The position numbers and the translations under genes are program-made. A DNA stretch of 64,000 bases from contig OZ361256.1 in NCBI GenBank assembly GCA_977018835.1, forward strand, positions 5,332,001-5,396,000, written 5' to 3'. Shown here piece after piece: positions 35,855 through 46,971 of this stretch (position 1 is its first letter; each line of letters begins with the position of its first letter). The stretch comes from Minutocellus sp. GHC0000111 (lineage: Eukaryota). The notes under the pieces are model-generated. The model was not told the origin of the DNA and ran no database searches. It saw only the letters and a list, made by a program, of their open reading frames with translations.

Positions 35855-37558
35855 TTATGCACTGACAGTCTTCTCCTCTCCCCGACGTCTAAAGCCGGGA
35901 ATTCGAGAGAATACCCGTCGAATCCTCTGAGCGAGCAACCGCCATACGCTCTTTGTTCCTGGTCGGCCGAAACCACCAAAGGCTCTGGAGTGGAAATTGA
36001 TCAGTGCCTTTTCATACTGGACGTTGCGAAGGACCGAGGTCGCCGCCTCCCAGCCCCATCTTTCGGCTTCTGCTCGTGCGGCCTTGCCCATCTTGGTCCT
36101 GAACTCGGGATCCTGCAGCTGCTTCAGGCGCTCGACGTAGTCATCCGTGTCACCTGGCTCGACAAGGAAGCTAGTCTTCTCATCATCAATAATTGCGGGG
36201 ATGCCACCAGCCTTGCAGCCGACGACAGGGACACCGGAAGCCATACTTTCCAAAACGACAAATCCCAACGTCTCGGAATCACTGGGCATGATGAAGGTGT
36301 CGGCCGAGGCAAATGCCGAGCTGAGATCATCGCCACTCAGCTGGCCCGTGAAGACAGTCTTGGTTCCCTTGAAGTACTGGTGCAGTTCCTCCTCCTGAGG
36401 TCCACCACCGACGATGCAAAGCCTGGCGTTGGGCATGCGCTCGAGCATGGCCTTGATGTCCTTGAGGCGCTTCTCTGCGCCGAGACGTCCTACGTAAACC
36501 ATCAAGAAATCGTCGGGGTTGCCATCAGACATCTTGCTCCTCCATTCGTCCGACTTGAATTTGGGGTTGAACCGCTCGGTGTCGATTCCCTTGCGCCAAA
36601 CATCGACACGGGGGATACCATTCGAGGTAAGCTCATCGCGCATCTGCGGGCTGGTAACGAGGGTCAGATCGGCACGAGAGTGGACGAAGCGGAGAAGGAA
36701 CCAGGCAAACTCCTCAATGCCGGGAATGAATCCAAGATAATTCTTTCCGTAACTCGGGAGGTGGGTGTGATAACTAATGACAAGCGGGATGCGCATCACG
36801 CGAGAATAGAAAAGAGCCGCCATGACCATGAAACCACTTTTGTAGCACAACATGAGACAGACAGGACAAAGAGTTGTGAGATAAGCGTTGAATGAAAAGT
36901 CTGATGTGAAAGCTTGAGGATGATGTAAAAACATGTTACTAGCTAGTACAAACACAATTTTGACTCACGGGCTGGTAACATGGATCAAATCGGGCTTGAA
37001 CTTCTCCATAATTTTGGCGCCCTTCATCTCGGGCAAATCGAAGGTGAGGGTAATGTGGTTGTAGAGGGGGAAGGTGAATCCCTGGGTATGCTCAATGCTG
37101 TAGCCAAACTTCTCGGTGGGGAGCTTCTCCTGATCGGTCTTGCCATCGACGGTAAGGACCTTAACGTCGTCCCCGGCCTTGGCAAGGAACTTGAGCATCT
37201 CGTTGAACCGATTGGCGTAGCCGGACACGTGCGTAAACGGCGTGGGTTCGACCATGAGGGCAATTTTGCGGGGCTTGTGCCGACGCAGAGGCGGAGCGTC
37301 GGCATCGTCCCAACCACCCGACTTATCAGATGCGACAGAAGCAGCGGCAGCATTGAGCTGTGAAGGCATCCGGATGGCCGATGCCGGTGCAGCAGCAGCA
37401 GCGGTCCGAGCCGATGGTCGGCTGGCAGCAGCAGCAACACGAGAGGTGAAGAGGGGGCTGGCTGCGGCGGGCGAAGGGACATATCCCTCGACGGCGGACC
37501 TGCTCAACACGCAGGCCCCGACGAGGGCGAGAGGGAGAGCTTTGACGCTAATCTTCAT
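35855..37558 (-). CDS. SQD2: Sulfoquinovosyltransferase (GT4); intron 36837-36968
   Basis: VEPTPFTHVSGYANRF, SYHTHLP, WRKGIDTERF, PSDSETLGFVVLESMASG; plastid-type presequence. Confidence 0.93.
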
Positions 37559-38015
37559 GACTCCCGTGAGCGTATCTTTGCTCTTTCTTCTCCCCAATGG
37601 GTTCGGCCGAGGCAAAAGTGATGGTTTGACGAGCAACGTGCGCAAGCACCAGCCAAAAATGAGCGAGAACCAATGCCGACGAAAAGGCGACCTCGCGACC
37701 TCGTGAATCTACTGAATCTACGTAGCTTTTTACGCAAAACTCCTGGAAAGTAAAAAATCATTCAACTGGTAAATATTTTTTAGTTCCTTCGCCTATTGAA
37801 CGTATCCTTTCTTTGAATCCTCATGATGACACATCAGAAATGAATGGTCAAGTCTTTTTTGGTTTGGCAAGCGGCAGGAGCACCATGTCGGGGGGGGGGG
37901 GGGGGGGGGTACCGGTATCAAGGCATGGGCCAGCCAAGAGTACTCCTTGTTGCGAACATTTACCTATGGAAATTCCTATATAATATTCAATTATTAGCCT
38001 TAGAGCACTCTACAT

Positions 38016-40049
38016 TTATACCATAGCCAACTCTTCTTCCTTTGCCGCTGCTGCCTTTTCTTCTCCTGAAACCGCAGAAGAAGAAGAACCGCTGCTGCCA
38101 TTTGTCTGCATGCTCTTCTCAAATTTCACCTTGAAAGCAGTCCACGGTGTCTTCTTGTCACTCTTTTGGAAAGCTGCAAAGGCTGCGTCAATTTCTGCTT
38201 CTTCTGTCACGGCTGGTGGTGTGGTCGTTGCCGCCGCTACTGGGGTAGGCGATTCAACTGCTGCCGGTGCAGCAGCAGCAGGAGGCGCCTCAGCTTCATC
38301 CAAAAATTGCTTCACAACCTTGGCATGCTCGTAACCAAAGGTGACACAATCAGGGAAGGCCACACCAGACCGATAATTTCCGCATATCCAGAGACCGGGA
38401 GTATCCTTCTCAGCCTTCTCGAGCTGGTCGATAATCTCCAAATGGCCCAGCTCGTACTGAGGGATGGCAGTTGGCCAGAGCTTAAGTCCAACGACCTTGG
38501 GTTCCGGGGCATCGGGCTTCAAGAGGACTTTTCTGCAACCCTTGTCGACCTCGGCAACAATCTCTTCATCCGAAAGATCGGCAATGCCAACATCTCTTGA
38601 ACCGCCAATATAGTTGAGAAGAAGGTTGTATTCAGGAGGGCAGCGACCAGGGAAGAGGGAGGAGCTCCAAAGAGTACCCAGAGTGCGAACACCTTCCGTT
38701 CGAGGGTTGAGACTGCCAAAGCCAGGGAGATTCTGAAGGTTGCCAAATCCGTTGGGAAGCTCCACATCCTTGAAAGAGGACTTGGGGTAGGCAACGGTCA
38801 CGGCACAGACGGGAGGATAGTACACACCGATTCGGTCGATTTCCTTACGGACCTTGTCGAGGAGGACAGATGACTCGGGCATAACCGGCGTGAAGACATC
38901 CTTTAGGGCGTGGGCAGGTGCAGTGCACACCACGGTGCGAGTACGAACAGTCTTTTGGCCGTCAGGAGTGTCGAATGAGACGGTGTACATACCTCCACTG
39001 TCCTTATCGACCTTGGTCACCTTCCACTCCAGCCGAATCTTATCACCGAGCTCCTTGGAGATGGCATTGGGCAATGTCGATAGACCATTTCGGAAGGAGC
39101 CCGGGTTGCCGTACTCAAAGTCCACCCATTGTGGTTCCGGCGGATTGGCCTTACGCTCCTTGGTCAGCTCAACCTGCCTCTTGAGACCACCGTAGAAGAT
39201 AGCGCCGAACTTGTTCCAGGCAATAGAGTACGCATACTCCTCAATGCGCGCAATTTTCGGCAGAGCGGCCTTCATCGACAGCGTTTCGGGATTGCCAGCA
39301 TAAACGCCGGAGACGAATGGATCGATACACCGAAGAAATACCTCCTCGCCGAGAATGCGAGTCACCCATTCGCGGATGGTTTCCTCCTTCCCCTCCGGTG
39401 CGGGGAAGTGGCCCAGAAAGGCACCGATGCCAGCCCGAATCTTACCCGGCCACGAAAGAAGCTGACCCTTGAAGGCAAAGTTCAGAACACCGTTGGGTCC
39501 AAAGACCAATTCCAGCTGTCCCTTGGGTCCCTTGCCTCCCTGTCCCTTGGGGAGGGGATGGAGCATACCATTATGATTGACCCACGGGGGGAGCGATTCG
39601 TCGGCAAAGACAAGCTGATCGTCGATGTCCAGTTCATTGGCAATCCGAACAATGCTGGGCTGCGTGGCGAATGAGTTGGGTCCCTCCTCCCATATGAATC
39701 CGTCGTCGTTGTGCGACTTGACATTGCCGCCGAGATAGTCGCGCGCCTCGGCCAACACAACATCGACGCCGTTTCGGTTCAGATTGTGGGCCAGGGTCGA
39801 GCCAGAGATTCCACCGCCGATCACAAGACAATCCACAGTATTAGAATCACCGCCCGATGACATGTGCAGCGATGAGCGGGAGCGCACTCGAGTTGACGAA
39901 GCAGTTGATGTGGCACCAGCGCCGATGGATGAGGTAAGTTTGGATGCCGTCGAAGATGTGACGAATGAGCTGGGCGTGAAGGCCGCACCCGACGAGACGG
40001 CAAAGGCCGACGCCACTACCAGGAAGAGTGCCGACGTTGTTGGCCTCAT
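38016..40049 (-). CDS. PPOX: Protoporphyrinogen oxidase (HemY type), plastid-targeted
   Basis: VIGGGISG, WEEGPNSF, PFVSGVYAG, TLGTLWSSSLFPGR, AIPQY. Confidence 0.95.
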   Translation of the reverse strand: MRPTTSALFLVVASAFAVSSGAAFTPSSFVTSSTASKLTSSIGAGATSTASSTRVRSRSSLHMSSGGDSNTVDCLVIGGGISGSTLAHNLNRNGVDVVLAEARDYLGGNVKSHNDDGFIWEEGPNSFATQPSIVRIANELDIDDQLVFADESLPPWVNHNGMLHPLPKGQGGKGPKGQLELVFGPNGVLNFAFKGQLLSWPGKIRAGIGAFLGHFPAPEGKEETIREWVTRILGEEVFLRCIDPFVSGVYAGNPETLSMKAALPKIARIEEYAYSIAWNKFGAIFYGGLKRQVELTKERKANPPEPQWVDFEYGNPGSFRNGLSTLPNAISKELGDKIRLEWKVTKVDKDSGGMYTVSFDTPDGQKTVRTRTVVCTAPAHALKDVFTPVMPESSVLLDKVRKEIDRIGVYYPPVCAVTVAYPKSSFKDVELPNGFGNLQNLPGFGSLNPRTEGVRTLGTLWSSSLFPGRCPPEYNLLLNYIGGSRDVGIADLSDEEIVAEVDKGCRKVLLKPDAPEPKVVGLKLWPTAIPQYELGHLEIIDQLEKAEKDTPGLWICGNYRSGVAFPDCVTFGYEHAKVVKQFLDEAEAPPAAAAPAAVESPTPVAAATTTPPAVTEEAEIDAAFAAFQKSDKKTPWTAFKVKFEKSMQTNGSSGSSSSAVSGEEKAAAAKEEELAMV

Positions 40050-40600
40050 GTTTGCTATATTGCTGCTATGAGGCAGGCTGGGTTATTCTTGGTTTGTGCC
40101 GTATCTTCTTTGGTTGAGGCGGCCGGTTAGCGTGATGGGGGGCGCTGCTGCAGCACTCATGAGCGATGACGAACTTCGAAACTTGCGCCGCACTGAAGTT
40201 CAAGTTGGGTTTATGAAAACTTGAGGGAAAGGTGAGGAAAAAGAGGAAAATACCCACCCCCGCCCCCAGTGGGGAGCCCGGTCGGTGGTGAGTTACCGGT
40301 GCATGTATGTGTTATAGACTCCTCACTGTACCTACGGTAGATCTACCGGAAACCGGTCGATCTACATGCAGATTACAGTTTTGCAATATCGCAAACACTT
40401 CACATGTAACAAAAATGATTAGGAACACTTATCGACTGAGCTCGCTCCTCCTTCTTCATAAGCGAAGGATTCTCATGCGCTCAGCTTCATTCTCTATGTT
40501 GTCTATGAACCTTCTTTTGATCTGTTGCAGCCACCTCGCGACGGAAAGTTGTATATACACACCGTAAAAGTTACGGTGCAAATTCATCAGCTACGAAGCT

Positions 40601-43072
40601 CTATGAGAGCTTTCCCGCACCACCACCGAGGTCACCGGTTCCTTCTGGTGGGAAGAAATCTGTGTGCGTCTTTCGTGTTATTTCCGTTGTAGGGTTGGAC
40701 TGTCGGGTGATCTCTGAATCTTCATCGTTTTCAAGGAGGAAGGCTTCTCGGCTCTTCTCGACGTAGTAATTGAGTATTCTTGACGTTGCAGGGTTGGCAG
40801 CTCGGACGGGGGCCTGATTGGGATCAGTCCTTGCTGTTATCAGCTTCTTCCTGATATCAATGGCAAGCTTCTTCCCCAGCTCCACTCCCCATTGGTCGAA
40901 AGAGTTGATTTCCCACATGAAACCTTGCACCGCCGTGCGGTGCTCGTAGATAGCAAGCAGCTGTCCAGCTGCGTAGGCTGTCAGCCTTGGTAGCAGAAGC
41001 GACATGCTCGGTCGGTTGCCGTCGAAAGTTCGGTGGGCGACCAGATCGCCCGTGATGCCTTCCGCTCGTACCTCCTCTGTGGTCTTCCCGTTGGCGAGTG
41101 CATCGGGCTGTGCAAAGAAGTTGGCCATCAACTCATCATGAGATGATATTTGTTCTTCGTCAATGCAGAGGTCGTGCTGACTGTCGACGAAGCCAATAAA
41201 GTCGGCCGCAACGGTCTGGCCCATGTGCAGTAGCTGGTAGAAGGAGTGCTGCCCGTTGGTTCCAGGCTCACCGAAGTCCACCTCTCCCACTGGATAATCA
41301 ATCACTTGACCATCCTTGTTCACGCTCTTGCCATTAGACTCCATGTCGAGCTGTTGAATGTGCGCGGGAAATTTCAACAACGCCTCGGCATATGGCAGAG
41401 TTGCTCTTGTATTGTATCCGAGAAAGGACATATTCCACACACCCAAAAGGCCCATCAGAACAGGTATGTTCTTCTCGAAGGGTGCATTGATGAAGTGTTC
41501 ATCAATGGAATGAGCTCCCTCGAGGAAATTCTCGAAAATATCAAAGCCATAGAGCAAGCTGATGGGGACAGCACCTGCAGCACTGCACACACTGTACCGG
41601 CCACCGACCCAGTCCCAGAAACGGAAAAAGTACTTTTCGGTGTCAATGCCAAAGTCACGCACAAGAGCGGTTGAGGATACTGATGCGCAGGCAACGACGT
41701 GCTTACGGACTACCTCCTTGTCATTGCCCATGAAGTCCCAGAGCCATTGTCTCATTGTTCGGGCGTTGAGCATGGTTTCGGCTGTGGTAAAGGTCTTGGA
41801 AACAATGACGATGAGTGTCTCTTCGGGGTCTAGGTCTGCGCAGGTACGCTCGACATCGACTGGATCGACGTTGGCAAGGAATCGAAGGCTGTATCCCAGG
41901 GACGAATTGATGCCGTCGGGCTCGGTCTTGAGAACCTCGTGCAGAAACTCCGGGCCGAGGTAGCTACCACCGATACCGACTGAAACAATATTTCGAAGTC
42001 TCTTTCCAGTGTATCCACGAAGCTCGCCCGATCGAACGGCATCGGTGAATTCTCGGATACTCTCCAGCACCTCGTGGACCTCCTCGACGGCATCGACTCC
42101 ATCGTGAGCAATGATCGTACCTGCCTCTTCAGGCGGTGCTCGGAGGGCAGTGTGAAGGACCGACCGCTCCTCCGTGAAGTTGATGGGATCACCTCGGACC
42201 ATGGCATCAATTTTACCCCTCAAATCGCACCGCTCGGCAAGGTCAAATAATAGATCCAACGTTTCCTGCGTCGCCCTTTGCCGGGAGTAGTCCAAATATG
42301 CCCCATCATGCGATGCAAACATCGAATCGCATCTCTTTGCATCCTTGAGCAGATCTCGCAAATGAGTCTCACTCTTGATATATTCGGTGTGTCTCTGCAA
42401 CTTCTTCCACTCGGGGGTGGATGAGATAAGCGGAGGTCGTGGCTTTCGATCACCAGGTATTATGTTCTTGAGCAGCGGTGGAAGCCGTTCCTGAGGACCA
42501 CCGCCACCACCACTTCTGTGTCCTTCGAGTCCTTCTGTTCCTACAGTAGTGGAGTGTTCCAAATCATGCTGAGTCTGTATAGCCCCGGGAATGCCCACCT
42601 GCGACGCCGTCTGGTGGTGGAACTGACTTTGGTGTCCATCCCGATGATGCTGGTGACGATGAGTCGTCATGTCCTCGTCATGGTGGAGGCCTTCTTCGAT
42701 GACGCGCATCCTTGGCTCGGACGGCGACGACATGTGTTCCGCCACCTCATCGACTACCTGCTGATCCGATGGCCGCGCCACCACCACCTGCGGCCTCTGC
42801 GACCTCATCGACCCACCAGGGTGGCCGAAACCCCGCCCCTTCCTCGCTCGATGCGTCTTGCTCAATTTGCCAGCCTTGCTGGCTGCTCCATTCTTCTTCT
42901 TTGCCATAAATAATGAGCTTTCGCAATTACTGTATCTGTAGCATTGTCTATATCTTTCATCATTTTGGTCCGGTTGTTGTATCCGTATTCTGTGCAAACC
43001 TTTTGGAGGCACATGGGATGATGGACCAAAGCTGGAGGAGGGAGCAGGGAACAAAAAAATGAAAGACATCAA
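40601..43072 (-). CDS. GPI: Glucose-6-phosphate isomerase with long N-terminal extension; start uncertain
   Basis: VGIGGSYLGP, SKTFTTAET, WDWVGGRYS, QQLDMESNGK, GEPGTNGQHSFYQL, INSFDQWGVELGK. Confidence 0.95.
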   Translation of the reverse strand: MMSFIFLFPAPSSSFGPSSHVPPKGLHRIRIQQPDQNDERYRQCYRYSNCESSLFMAKKKNGAASKAGKLSKTHRARKGRGFGHPGGSMRSQRPQVVVARPSDQQVVDEVAEHMSSPSEPRMRVIEEGLHHDEDMTTHRHQHHRDGHQSQFHHQTASQVGIPGAIQTQHDLEHSTTVGTEGLEGHRSGGGGGPQERLPPLLKNIIPGDRKPRPPLISSTPEWKKLQRHTEYIKSETHLRDLLKDAKRCDSMFASHDGAYLDYSRQRATQETLDLLFDLAERCDLRGKIDAMVRGDPINFTEERSVLHTALRAPPEEAGTIIAHDGVDAVEEVHEVLESIREFTDAVRSGELRGYTGKRLRNIVSVGIGGSYLGPEFLHEVLKTEPDGINSSLGYSLRFLANVDPVDVERTCADLDPEETLIVIVSKTFTTAETMLNARTMRQWLWDFMGNDKEVVRKHVVACASVSSTALVRDFGIDTEKYFFRFWDWVGGRYSVCSAAGAVPISLLYGFDIFENFLEGAHSIDEHFINAPFEKNIPVLMGLLGVWNMSFLGYNTRATLPYAEALLKFPAHIQQLDMESNGKSVNKDGQVIDYPVGEVDFGEPGTNGQHSFYQLLHMGQTVAADFIGFVDSQHDLCIDEEQISSHDELMANFFAQPDALANGKTTEEVRAEGITGDLVAHRTFDGNRPSMSLLLPRLTAYAAGQLLAIYEHRTAVQGFMWEINSFDQWGVELGKKLAIDIRKKLITARTDPNQAPVRAANPATSRILNYYVEKSREAFLLENDEDSEITRQSNPTTEITRKTHTDFFPPEGTGDLGGGAGKLS

Positions 43073-43734
43073 AATCCGTCATTAGTGTGCGTAGAAAATG
43101 TACCAGAAACAAGGGCGAGGCCGGCTCGCTTGAAGATGGGATCGATGGCGAAGTGGAGGATACTGCTGGGAAATGGCCATCGGATACGACCATTCGGCAC
43201 CATCTGCCCACCATTGCAGCAGCGCAGCACCACAGCAATGACCACAACGACAAGTGCATATCAACCTCACACCGATGGTCATGAACAACACATGATGCGC
43301 CAAGCAAACTTTCACCTGGTTGCAAAAAAAGGAAGAAATGCAATAAGCGTTCTGATGGCTTTCCAATCAACTCACCTCTGGGCCAATGGGCAGAGCCATG
43401 CGGCAACCATGAGCGCTACGTTGCAAACGGCGGCCTTGTAGGTGGCAGTACCGATCGCATCGTGCCGTCTCCTCTCCATCTTGTGCTCCATTTGCTGCTG
43501 CATTACAGCTTCAACACATCTCTTGCTTGAAAAATGCGCCTGACATAATAAGGAGGCTGCTGAATAATAGGACGCCTATGGTGACAATTAGGAGATTTCG
43601 AGACGAGGTCGCAAAGTCGCAAAACCGCGAGCGAGGAAGCGGAGTGGAAGCAAGTCAAGCAAGAAGCAAGAAGTCAAGTCAAAGCCAAGCCGACGCCGAC
43701 GACTGGAGAGCCACCTCAAGCTCTCTATTCGAAA

Positions 43735-45171
43735 ATGAAGCCCATGGGTACAATGAAAGACCAGTTGCTGCTCATGTCGTCGGCATCATCCTCTTACCGA
43801 GAAGAGTATGCATGCCGCCCTTGTGGAAGTCGAAGAGCCATGAGGAAGAAGAAGAGAAGAAGTGGTCAGGAGTCTGAGCACCTATCGCATCGGTTGAAAC
43901 CCGCTGCATCGTTCCTCTGCGCTTTGCTGATTCTTTCTGCTTGCGCTTGCGTTTCACGCGCGGCGGATTCAAGGGCACGGCAGCAACAACAACAGAGACA
44001 GCATTCTCGTCAAAATGCTCGAACGAACCTCAGCCCTGGCAATCACACCCGCAACGCTGCCGTGTTGGTGTCCTCCTCACGTTACTGGCACAACTATCGA
44101 CACGTATCCAACGTTCTGTCCCTCTACAATGTACTCAAAACCGGTGGAAAGTTTACAGATGACAATATCATTCTCATGATCGCGGATGACATACCGTGCG
44201 ATGGACGCAATCCGCACAAGAATGGCATCTTCCCTGAATATGCTCGAACGGGAACTGGCAATTCCGTCTACAATGCCGACGTGGAGATTGATTATCGTGG
44301 CACCGATGTGACGGTGGAAAACTTTCTTCGGGTCTTGGTGGGGCGTCATGAAGAGGGCGAAACTCCGAGTCGAATGCTGGACTTGACCCCCGATACCAAT
44401 TTGGTAGTATTCTTGGTGAGGACAGCATGTGTGGATTACCCTCGATCGCTTTGTTTTGTTTCCCAGCTGATTGCTCAATCGTCATCTTCCATCTCTTTCA
44501 CATCACAGACTGGCCACGGCGGCGAAAGCTTTTTTAAATTTCAGGACGGAGAGGAACTCATGACGCAAGATATTACGGATGCTTTTCAACAAATGAACCG
44601 AATTGGAAGGTACAAGGAGATATTGTTCATAGCAGATACTTGCCAGGCCTTCACGTTGAACCCCACCGATCCCAAGGTGCTGCCGGACATTGGAGCACTT
44701 CCCAACGTCATGACCGTGGCGTCTAGCCTACAAGGTCAAAATTCCTATGCGCATCATTCCGATCCAGAGATTGGTCAGAGCGTGGTGGATCGGTATACCT
44801 ATAATTTTGTGGAAAATCTCAAGAATTTGGCCATGCGGCAGCCGGATTCGCAGGTGGACATGTCGTCGGCATTGTGGAGGTCGATGGAGCAAATCTCTGT
44901 GAAAACAGCGTGGGTGGATGCCTTGCCCCGTAAAAAGCTCGGTGCCGATGTTGGTTGGACGGACAAAGGTTGCACTAGACCTATGAGAAATAATCCTCTC
45001 AGTGACTTTTTGTGTGATATGGAACATCGGAATTTTGCTGCTGCTGCTGCGTCTCCAACTCTTGGCGGCGACGACTTTATTTTGCATTCGAATTGCGATG
45101 ATGATTCATCAGAGGCATCATCATGTGTTGATTCCGAGGTATTACAGAGTGTAGTCTCATCTATGAGATGA
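43735..45171 (+). CDS. GPI8: GPI-anchor transamidase catalytic subunit (peptidase C13); in-frame intron 44416-44508
   Basis: SSRYWHNYRH, EIDYRG, TGHGG..FFKFQD, ADTCQA. Confidence 0.9.
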   Translation: MKPMGTMKDQLLLMSSASSSYREEYACRPCGSRRAMRKKKRRSGQESEHLSHRLKPAASFLCALLILSACACVSRAADSRARQQQQQRQHSRQNARTNLSPGNHTRNAAVLVSSSRYWHNYRHVSNVLSLYNVLKTGGKFTDDNIILMIADDIPCDGRNPHKNGIFPEYARTGTGNSVYNADVEIDYRGTDVTVENFLRVLVGRHEEGETPSRMLDLTPDTNLVVFLVRTACVDYPRSLCFVSQLIAQSSSSISFTSQTGHGGESFFKFQDGEELMTQDITDAFQQMNRIGRYKEILFIADTCQAFTLNPTDPKVLPDIGALPNVMTVASSLQGQNSYAHHSDPEIGQSVVDRYTYNFVENLKNLAMRQPDSQVDMSSALWRSMEQISVKTAWVDALPRKKLGADVGWTDKGCTRPMRNNPLSDFLCDMEHRNFAAAAASPTLGGDDFILHSNCDDDSSEASSCVDSEVLQSVVSSMR

Positions 45172-45397
45172 TGCAATAGCAGTATCGATAAAATCAATTA
45201 CTTTTTCACTTTCATGCCGGCGTGCTTGTGGTGGTTCTCCTCTCGGTCTCTCGGTCGCTTTTGCCCGCCTCGCGCTTGCTTACGCTTAGCGCTTGACGCA
45301 GTTACCAATGTACCAACGCCTCTCCTCGACGGACTGAAGGACAGACCAAACTTCTGCGAGGAAACGCTCGGCATTTTGTTCCATTGAGACCGCCAAG

Positions 45398-46712
45398 ATG
45401 CTCTCTTCTTTCAGCGCCGCCGCTCTGAGGACCACCGCGCGGCAACGCCAGGCGGTAAGTTTGATTTATCAGTGGTTATTGGTATACTGTGTTGGCCGGA
45501 GCTGATAATTTTGTGCCTGCGACATATGCCACCGAGGAAATGCACCACCACGAAAAATGGCTTGCTCCACTTCCGTTGGTTCTGAGTTCTTTTATTATTA
45601 TTAAATTATGTGCTATCTCTTTGCTCACCTTGGAATTTCTTTCATCGCGCTCATACATATGCCTACAGGCTGGCCTTGCGTTCCAGAATGCCACCCGAGG
45701 CATGGCCACAGTCGACATGACGGTCCGTGAGGCCATCAACCAGGGCATCGACGAGGAGATGGAGGCCGACGAGCGAGTTTTCATCCTCGGCGAGGAGGTG
45801 GCGCAGTACCAGGGTGCCTACAAGGTGACCGAGGGCCTGTACCAAAAGTATGGCGACAAGCGCGTCATCGACACGCCGATCACAGAGATGGGCTTCGCCG
45901 GCCTTGCCATCGGTGCCTCCTTCAAGGAGCTCCGGCCCATCGTCGAGTTCATGACGATGAACTTCGCCATGCAGGCCATCGATCAGGTTATCATCTCGGC
46001 CGCCAAGCAGTACTACATGTCTGCCGGTGACATTGCCTGCCCGATCGTTTTCCGTGGCCCCAACGGCAACGCCGCCGGTACCGCCGCACAGCACTCGCAG
46101 TGCTTCGCGTCGTGGTACTCCAACTGCCCCGGCCTCAAGGTTGTGGCGCCCTACTCGTCGGAGGATGCCAAGGGTCTGATGAAGGCAGCGATCCGCGATC
46201 CCAACCCCGTCGTCGTTTTGGAGCACGAGCTCATGTACGGTGTTAGCTTCCCCATGTCGGACGAGGCGCAGAGCAAGGATTTTGTCATCCCCATCGGCCA
46301 GGCCAAGATTGAGCGGGAGGGATCTGACGTTACCATCGTCACCTTTTCGAAGATGACCGGCCTGGCCCTCGAGGCTGCCGAGGCGATGGCTGCCAAGGGC
46401 ATTTCCGTGGAGGTGATCAATCTCCTTTCCATCCGACCACTCGATCGTGATACCATCATCAACTCGGCCAAGAAGACCGGACGCGTCATTTCTCTCGAGA
46501 CTGGTTGGCCGCAGTGTGGTGTGGGATCCGAGATTGCCGCCCTGCTCATGGAGTCCGACGCCTTCAATTACCTCGATGCCCCGTTGGAACGCATCACCGG
46601 TGCCGATGTTCCCATGCCTTACGCCAAGGAGTTGGAGGATGCCGCTCTTCCGCAGCTTGAGGATGTTTGCAACACCATCGATCGTATTATGTACCGCAAT
46701 ATTGCGGCATAA
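45398..46712 (+). CDS. PDHB: Mitochondrial pyruvate dehydrogenase E1 beta; intron 45455-45668
   Basis: [42 protein letters not shown]. Confidence 0.96.
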
Positions 46713-46971
46713 ATTTCCACGAAGGCACGCGAACAGGTTTGATTTCCGCTAGATCATCGTAATGTAATCATGTGAAGGAGTATGTCTACGTACGTAGTAA
46801 TAGAAATAGACCTCATCTTACTTGTACGTAGCTAGATGTGTTCTGTACTTCATGTATCGTAGACTACGAATAGATTTTAGCTGAATTTATTTTAAAACTT
46901 AATACACCCTATAAGATAAGGTCATAGTAGATCTAGCCCGAGATATCTTACTGCCAAGACGAGCTAGCGAG

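Noticed and set aside
37890..37909. Run of 20 G
   Set aside because: Isolated homopolymer whose length is unreliable; no supporting structure.
33944..46712. Run of metabolic genes (PMK, SQD2, PPOX, GPI, GPI8, PDHB) as a functional cluster
   Set aside because: Unrelated pathways and compartments; ordinary gene density explains it.
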